A stretch of DNA of 62,873 bases, counting the filler. It is 20 parts of 20 records of this genome, joined end to end, with 100 filler letters (N's around TTAATTAATTAA, not from the genome) between each part and the next. Parts side by side here need not be neighbours in the genome. Positions count along the whole stretch, not along the records: positions 57,582 to 60,656 come from SRR16133337_45191; positions 60,757 to 62,873 come from SRR16133337_45603; 18 more parts are not named here. One strand, written 5' to 3'. Below are positions 57,983-62,873 of the stretch, in pieces; positions within the stretch are counted from its first letter, which is position 1; each line of letters opens with the position of its first letter. Under the pieces are notes generated by a model that was given only the letters and a program-made list of their open reading frames with translations, made no database searches and had not been told where the DNA came from. The translations under genes and the position numbers were made by a program.

Positions 57983-60483
57983 GTTTTATTGGCGTGATGA
58001 ATCTTATTTCAGGAGCAACTTGTGGGTAATCAGGAGGAAAATCAACATAAAGAACCCAAACACCGCCCTAATACACATATATTCACAAACATAATAAACG
58101 TGTTATTCGTATGTGTTTTCAATAATATTGAAGAAAACATGATGATCGCCAAAATGTCACAATTTTTTACCAGTTTTTGCTATTTTCTAAAATTTGATTA
58201 TAAATCATTATTAAAATCTCACAAAGCATTAAAAAGAGTACTCGTATCTGACCATGTGTTTTTCAGCTTACTTGAATTACCACAAGTAAACATGCACCAC
58301 ACGATTATAAGACGAGCAACCAAAAAAGTAAATTATTTTTACATACTCGGTATGGTGTTGATTCAGGTCCAGTCATTGTGATTCGCCAGAACGAAAGATC
58401 ATTTTCACACGGGAAAATGTCAAATGCAGAATGGGGACTGCGCAAAAGTCCACGCATTTCTCTCATAATACCTGAAAAAGAACACACAAAAATTTTAAAC
58501 TTTCAGAAGACAAACAAATATGCGACATGGCAATGAATGCTGCTAAATTTAGCACAAAAAATTGAACCCACCCCCACCACACAATCATGTCAAAGTGCAT
58601 AATATGGATGCTCCCATGACTGTCAGATGTTTTTACTGACACGGCACCATTTCAAAATCATGTACCTGAACAAGGTGCGGATTGTAATTTTCGATACGAT
58701 ACACATTGTGGGAAACCCATTAGAAATCAAGGAGCTTTGAATACAGCCATTCAAACATTAATAAACACATTATTTTCAACCAATGAAGAATTCGATTATG
58801 TAATAGATATGTTTTTATTATAGTTTTTTCGTGACAAGGGTTGGTCGAACACTTTAGGACTTCCCAAGATCGTTTTGTTATTCAAGATTGAATATAGAAA
58901 TATTTTGGGAATATGAAGAATTGTCATTTTTTTCAAATTCTCCCATAATGGAGTTAAAAGTTTGACTAACAAATATCATATTCTTAAAATAATGTATCTG
59001 TAACTCAATTGGCAGAGTGTTCGCCTGTAAACTGACCGTCCCAAAAGTATTGAGAGGGCACCGCCCAAGCAATTCTTCAGGGTAGACGGTGGCACGGTTG
59101 CTCTTCCGGTATCTGCTTCCGCTAGGAGGTTAGTAAATGGTTGTTGGTTCGATTCCAACCAAAAACATTTTTTTGGTAAGGTATTAATTTTTCCTCCGCT
59201 CCATACACAAAGAACTTTCGATTATTGGAGAACTCCAATGAAATTCCACCGCAAAACTGATTGTCCAAACTTGCACAACAAGGTGAACAATGCGAAGCAA
59301 CCGATATTTTAATACTTTTTCACAATGAATTTGAAATATCGCAAAGACTAATGTTAGTCAAATAAAACATTTTTCGATTTTGAGACATAAACATTTTTCA
59401 CACACAGGATTGATTGATACACGAAACTTGCCATTCACGTCACATTTTTTGTCACATAATGTGTGGGACCCAGTACAATTGTCTATCTTCATTTTTGAAA
59501 TCCCGAAGTTTTTCATTAAAATTAACAATGTTGGGCTTATGGCTCGAATGAGATACACAATTTGAAGTCGTAAGCTCAATTATAAAGCATCCGTTTCAGT
59601 GCCATGAGTTGACGAAAGACAACACAGATTTTCAGCAAAAATTACGAAATTGTGCTATATTTTAAATATTGTCACCGCAATGTCTCAAATTGCATTGGTT
59701 TTTTGCCAATTTGAGGAGCCAATAATTCAAAAACCAATACAAAAACGTTTGGACAACTCCACCCACCCCCATCCACCACACCACACCTACCCACCACCCT
59801 CCAACCGTCCGATGTTTTCAATACAGTTTTAGCGAATAAACAAAAATTGCACATACTCAACCAACCCACACGCCCCTCACACATGTAAAGATTATGTAAC
59901 TACAAACGCAAAAAATACTGGAAGCAGATTTTGCATCTACTACGTACGTTTCACTCGTTCAGCATCGCCTTGCTCGATATGATCCCCATCATCGTCTGTT
60001 TTCCCTAATTTCACAAATATATACTTTAACACTTTTTCATATGGCGACATTTTTGTGTTTGGGGACACCCACACCCCCATTTTTCTTTTCCATTTGTAAA
60101 ACCGTTCGTTTCAAGTATTTTTTCACATTTTCAAGCTAGTTTTCTTCTTGCAAATTCGGCTTTTCGGGATATGGAGAAGGGTCCCAGAGCTGATGGCCCG
60201 ATAATTTTAACGAAAAGATCATTAATTTCGTTAAAAAACCTGCAATAATCACGTATGTTTTCTAATGTCAGTTGCTGCTACAAAGCTAAAAGGATTGAAT
60301 ATAGTGCCAAGACATCTTGCTAAACACACATATATACAATGGGTAGTTTTTTTCAACATTCTCTTTCGAAAAGTTTGTTTGTGTTACCTTCAGCTTTGTT
60401 TATAGCTTCCTCAAGAGTAGTGACAGGAAGCAAAACTTTTGTTGTTTGACGTCTTTTCGGAACGACATTATCATTACAAACAT
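57983..60483 (-). CDS. Protein with a C-terminal ubiquitin-conjugating E2 (UBC) domain, partial
   Basis: Exons 60483-60388, 60004-59948, 58471-58347 and 58067-57983 splice to ...RVKRIMREM..PHSAFDIFP...FWRITMTGPESTPYRGGVWVLYVDFPPDYPQVAPEIRFITPIK. The exon with the catalytic Cys is not found on the contig. Confidence 0.88.
58994..59167 (+). tRNA. tRNA-Tyr(GTA)-like gene with an intron of about 100 nt, probably a pseudogene
   Basis: D-arm AACTCAATTGGCAGAGT, CT-GTA-A loop (GTA at 59027-29), T-arm GTTGG-TTCGATT-CCAAC and a downstream T7. The acceptor and anticodon stems have mismatches. Confidence 0.6.
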
Positions 60484-61194
60484 CTATCAGACAAACGAAA
60501 AAAAACGTATTATGATCATTGTAACACTCACGTGTAGTGCTAAAAATGGATTTGCAACCATTTACATTTTCCTGTTTAAAGAGTTCAACGTTCTGAATTT
60601 TTCAGTTTTTTATTGGATGAAAATTACTTCGTAGATCGGAAGAGCGTCGTGTAGGGNNNNNNNNNNNNNNNNNNNNNNNNNNNNNNNNNNNNNNNNNNNN
60701 TTAATTAATTAANNNNNNNNNNNNNNNNNNNNNNNNNNNNNNNNNNNNNNNNNNNNTGAAACTTTTTTTGTGATTTGTATGGGCCACAGTGCAAGTGGCC
60801 CATGAAGTCTCATAAATTTCCTGTTTTTTTCAAAAAACAAACAACACAAAAACATTCATGTATATTATATTCTGTATCATAGAGAATTGGTGACCCACTG
60901 CAAAAAGTCGTGTCTTCTCCGAGTTGTGTTAAGAAATTGAACATTTTACAAACAATTGCTCATTTTTAAGTTAATTGATTGAAACAAAGAAGCAAAGAAA
61001 ATTTAATGTGAGTACTTCCTAAAAGCCGAGAGTCAATAATCAATCATCGCTCACGCCGTAGTTTCTTCTTTAGTGAATTTTCGAACTTGCTTGGAGTGCA
61101 GCCCCGTTTTACGTGATGTGAAAAAATAACACTTTCTCATAATACGATCACAGCAATTTGAGTAAGAAAAATCAGTGACCAGGAAAACACATAC

Positions 61195-61325
61195 GTGATA
61201 ACATTTTCTGGTTGCCCATGTTCTGTGTAGGTTGCTGCGCGCGCTGAAGTGCTAAAACAACGAATTGTTGTACGGCTCAGCGGTCCGCCAGACCGTCGTA
61301 CAGCTGTGCCTATGGCCTTGAACAT
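61195..61325 (-). CDS. First exon of mitochondrial trans-2-enoyl-ACP/CoA reductase (MECR/ETR1-like)
   Basis: Arg/Ser/Thr-rich presequence with no acidic residues, then RAATYTEHGQPENVI, followed by a GTATGT donor. Confidence 0.65.
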
Positions 61326-62873
61326 GCTTCTCAACGGAATAAGCTGTGTACGCAATAAAATGTTTTTGCTCAATAAAATTGTCGTTATGGGCATCAAAAC
61401 TTTGCCATAGCGCGGGAGATAGTGATACGATATTCTGATTGTCGCGAATATTTTCCATGGTGTGAACAATTTTTTTTATTTCAATTTCACTTTAATTTTG
61501 TTTTCACAGCAATGAGAAAAGTGTGTGGCTTAAAATGAAGTTTCGCTTCACTTTTCAATCAACCCCTCCTCTCTAGAGGGGGTTGCAAGCTTCAACGAGC
61601 CATTCTGAGACACTGTTTGTGAACAAACAAAATGCATTGAAATTCTCTCTTAATTATTAAATAATTGTGTCAACATCCAGCTCTACTGTTGTAAATAAGA
61701 CTGCAACATGTACCACAGATTCCATCCAAAAAAGTAATTGGAGTAATGAATTTGAGTGAAATCCTAAACTACATAGACTATCCAAAAACATTGTGGCGTC
61801 GATCTACATCACATTTTGTTTGATGTAATAATTTAGGAAACAAACAAAGAAATCACAAAGCAACAAGGGATATCGTGTGTCCCGTGAGAGCACCTTTATC
61901 CAGCGGGCCAACTCCTTTCAAAAAACAAATAATTCGTATTCCTTGTACAGTGGAAGGTGTGTTTTAATAGTTATGAACACATAAATAATTGTACCTAACA
62001 AATATTACAATTTAAGTGCTTCCACGGTTTTCGTTTTGGTGATCCAAATGAAGTTGCTCCAGTTCCTTTTGTGCCTGTTCAACTTTATACAGAACGGCAG
62101 CACGTTCTCGCGCTTGTCTATCCTTTTTTGACTCTACTGGTCCTAAATTACATAAATCGAATATTGGTGAGAGGTTTTGAAATCAGCATCTATGCTCAAT
62201 TTGGTGTGAGGTGGTCATGTGTCGTATGAAATGGCACTTGCCCTGTAGACAATTATTTACACAAGCACTTGATTTGTGAATTTTGAATTGAATATGGCAT
62301 ATCCACTCCCAAAAAATCATAAACTGACGCCCAAGAGAATTTTCAAACAGTATGATTTCCCCCACCCTCCAGATTTCTCTGAACGAAAAGTCCGAAAAAT
62401 CGAACTTTTATATTCTGAGCGAACTGCTTGGTTTGATAATCCAGCGACAACATAAATGTAGTGTAAGTAAAAAAAATTCCCTGCGATTGCACCATCATTG
62501 CGTGTTTCTTGAGGATGCAATACATTGCATTACACACAAAATTTGCAAAGCTCGCGTATGCACGCATCGGATTGAAAACCAACCAAAAACGTCATGCATT
62601 TGCCACTTTTTGTACAATTGGGCGGCACTACGCGGAAGTAATTGCAAAATCTAACGAGGCGCGCCACTAAAGCAAAATTGGAGAAACACAAAATTAAGAT
62701 TTTTTGCGAGTGTTTCAAAATACACAGGTCGTACACACCGGCTACACAGAATCCCATGTTTGTTTTTCTCTCTTTTTTTAGAAATCGAAACTGAGGAACA
62801 GCCGGGTTAGGGTAAAGTTAAAAGGCAACCACTCTTTGCTTTTTTAAAGTTGGGTTCGTGTTCAATTGTACCT

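Noticed and set aside
4032-60756. Recurrent TTAATTAATTAA as a biological repeat
   Set aside because: It is always centred in exactly 100-nt N blocks, so it is an assembly linker. ORFs containing X are artefacts.

Overview
This window is not contiguous DNA. It is 20 short contigs (about 2-8 kb) joined by 19 identical 100-nt N44-TTAATTAATTAA-N44 linkers, and three contig ends carry untrimmed Illumina adapter. Three contigs are bacterial and Flavobacteriaceae-like. 9116-17062 holds an AraC-regulated operon for an unknown sugar-like substrate. 17163-20393 holds rpiB, a cluster of DnaA-box-like 9-mers and a multiheme cytochrome/TPR pseudogene. 51995-57481 holds trmD between two GT-C membrane glycosyltransferase genes. 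The other 17 contigs come from an AT-rich, intron-rich microbial eukaryote, and the supplied ORF track misses most of its genes. Manual splicing recovers the most notable item: an 8-exon, fully in-frame Ginger/TDD-like DDE integrase fused to a C-terminal USP (peptidase C19)-like domain (26425-29301, minus). It also recovers a possible Crypton-like tyrosine recombinase, an EnSpm/CACTA transposase exon, a Crinkler/RHS-type NTPase, a Schlafen AlbA domain, an E2 (UBC) gene with a long-intron tRNA-Tyr-like gene nested antisense in one of its introns, EF-hand and MECR exons, and several MITE/foldback families. All family calls come from recognising motifs by eye, without database searches.
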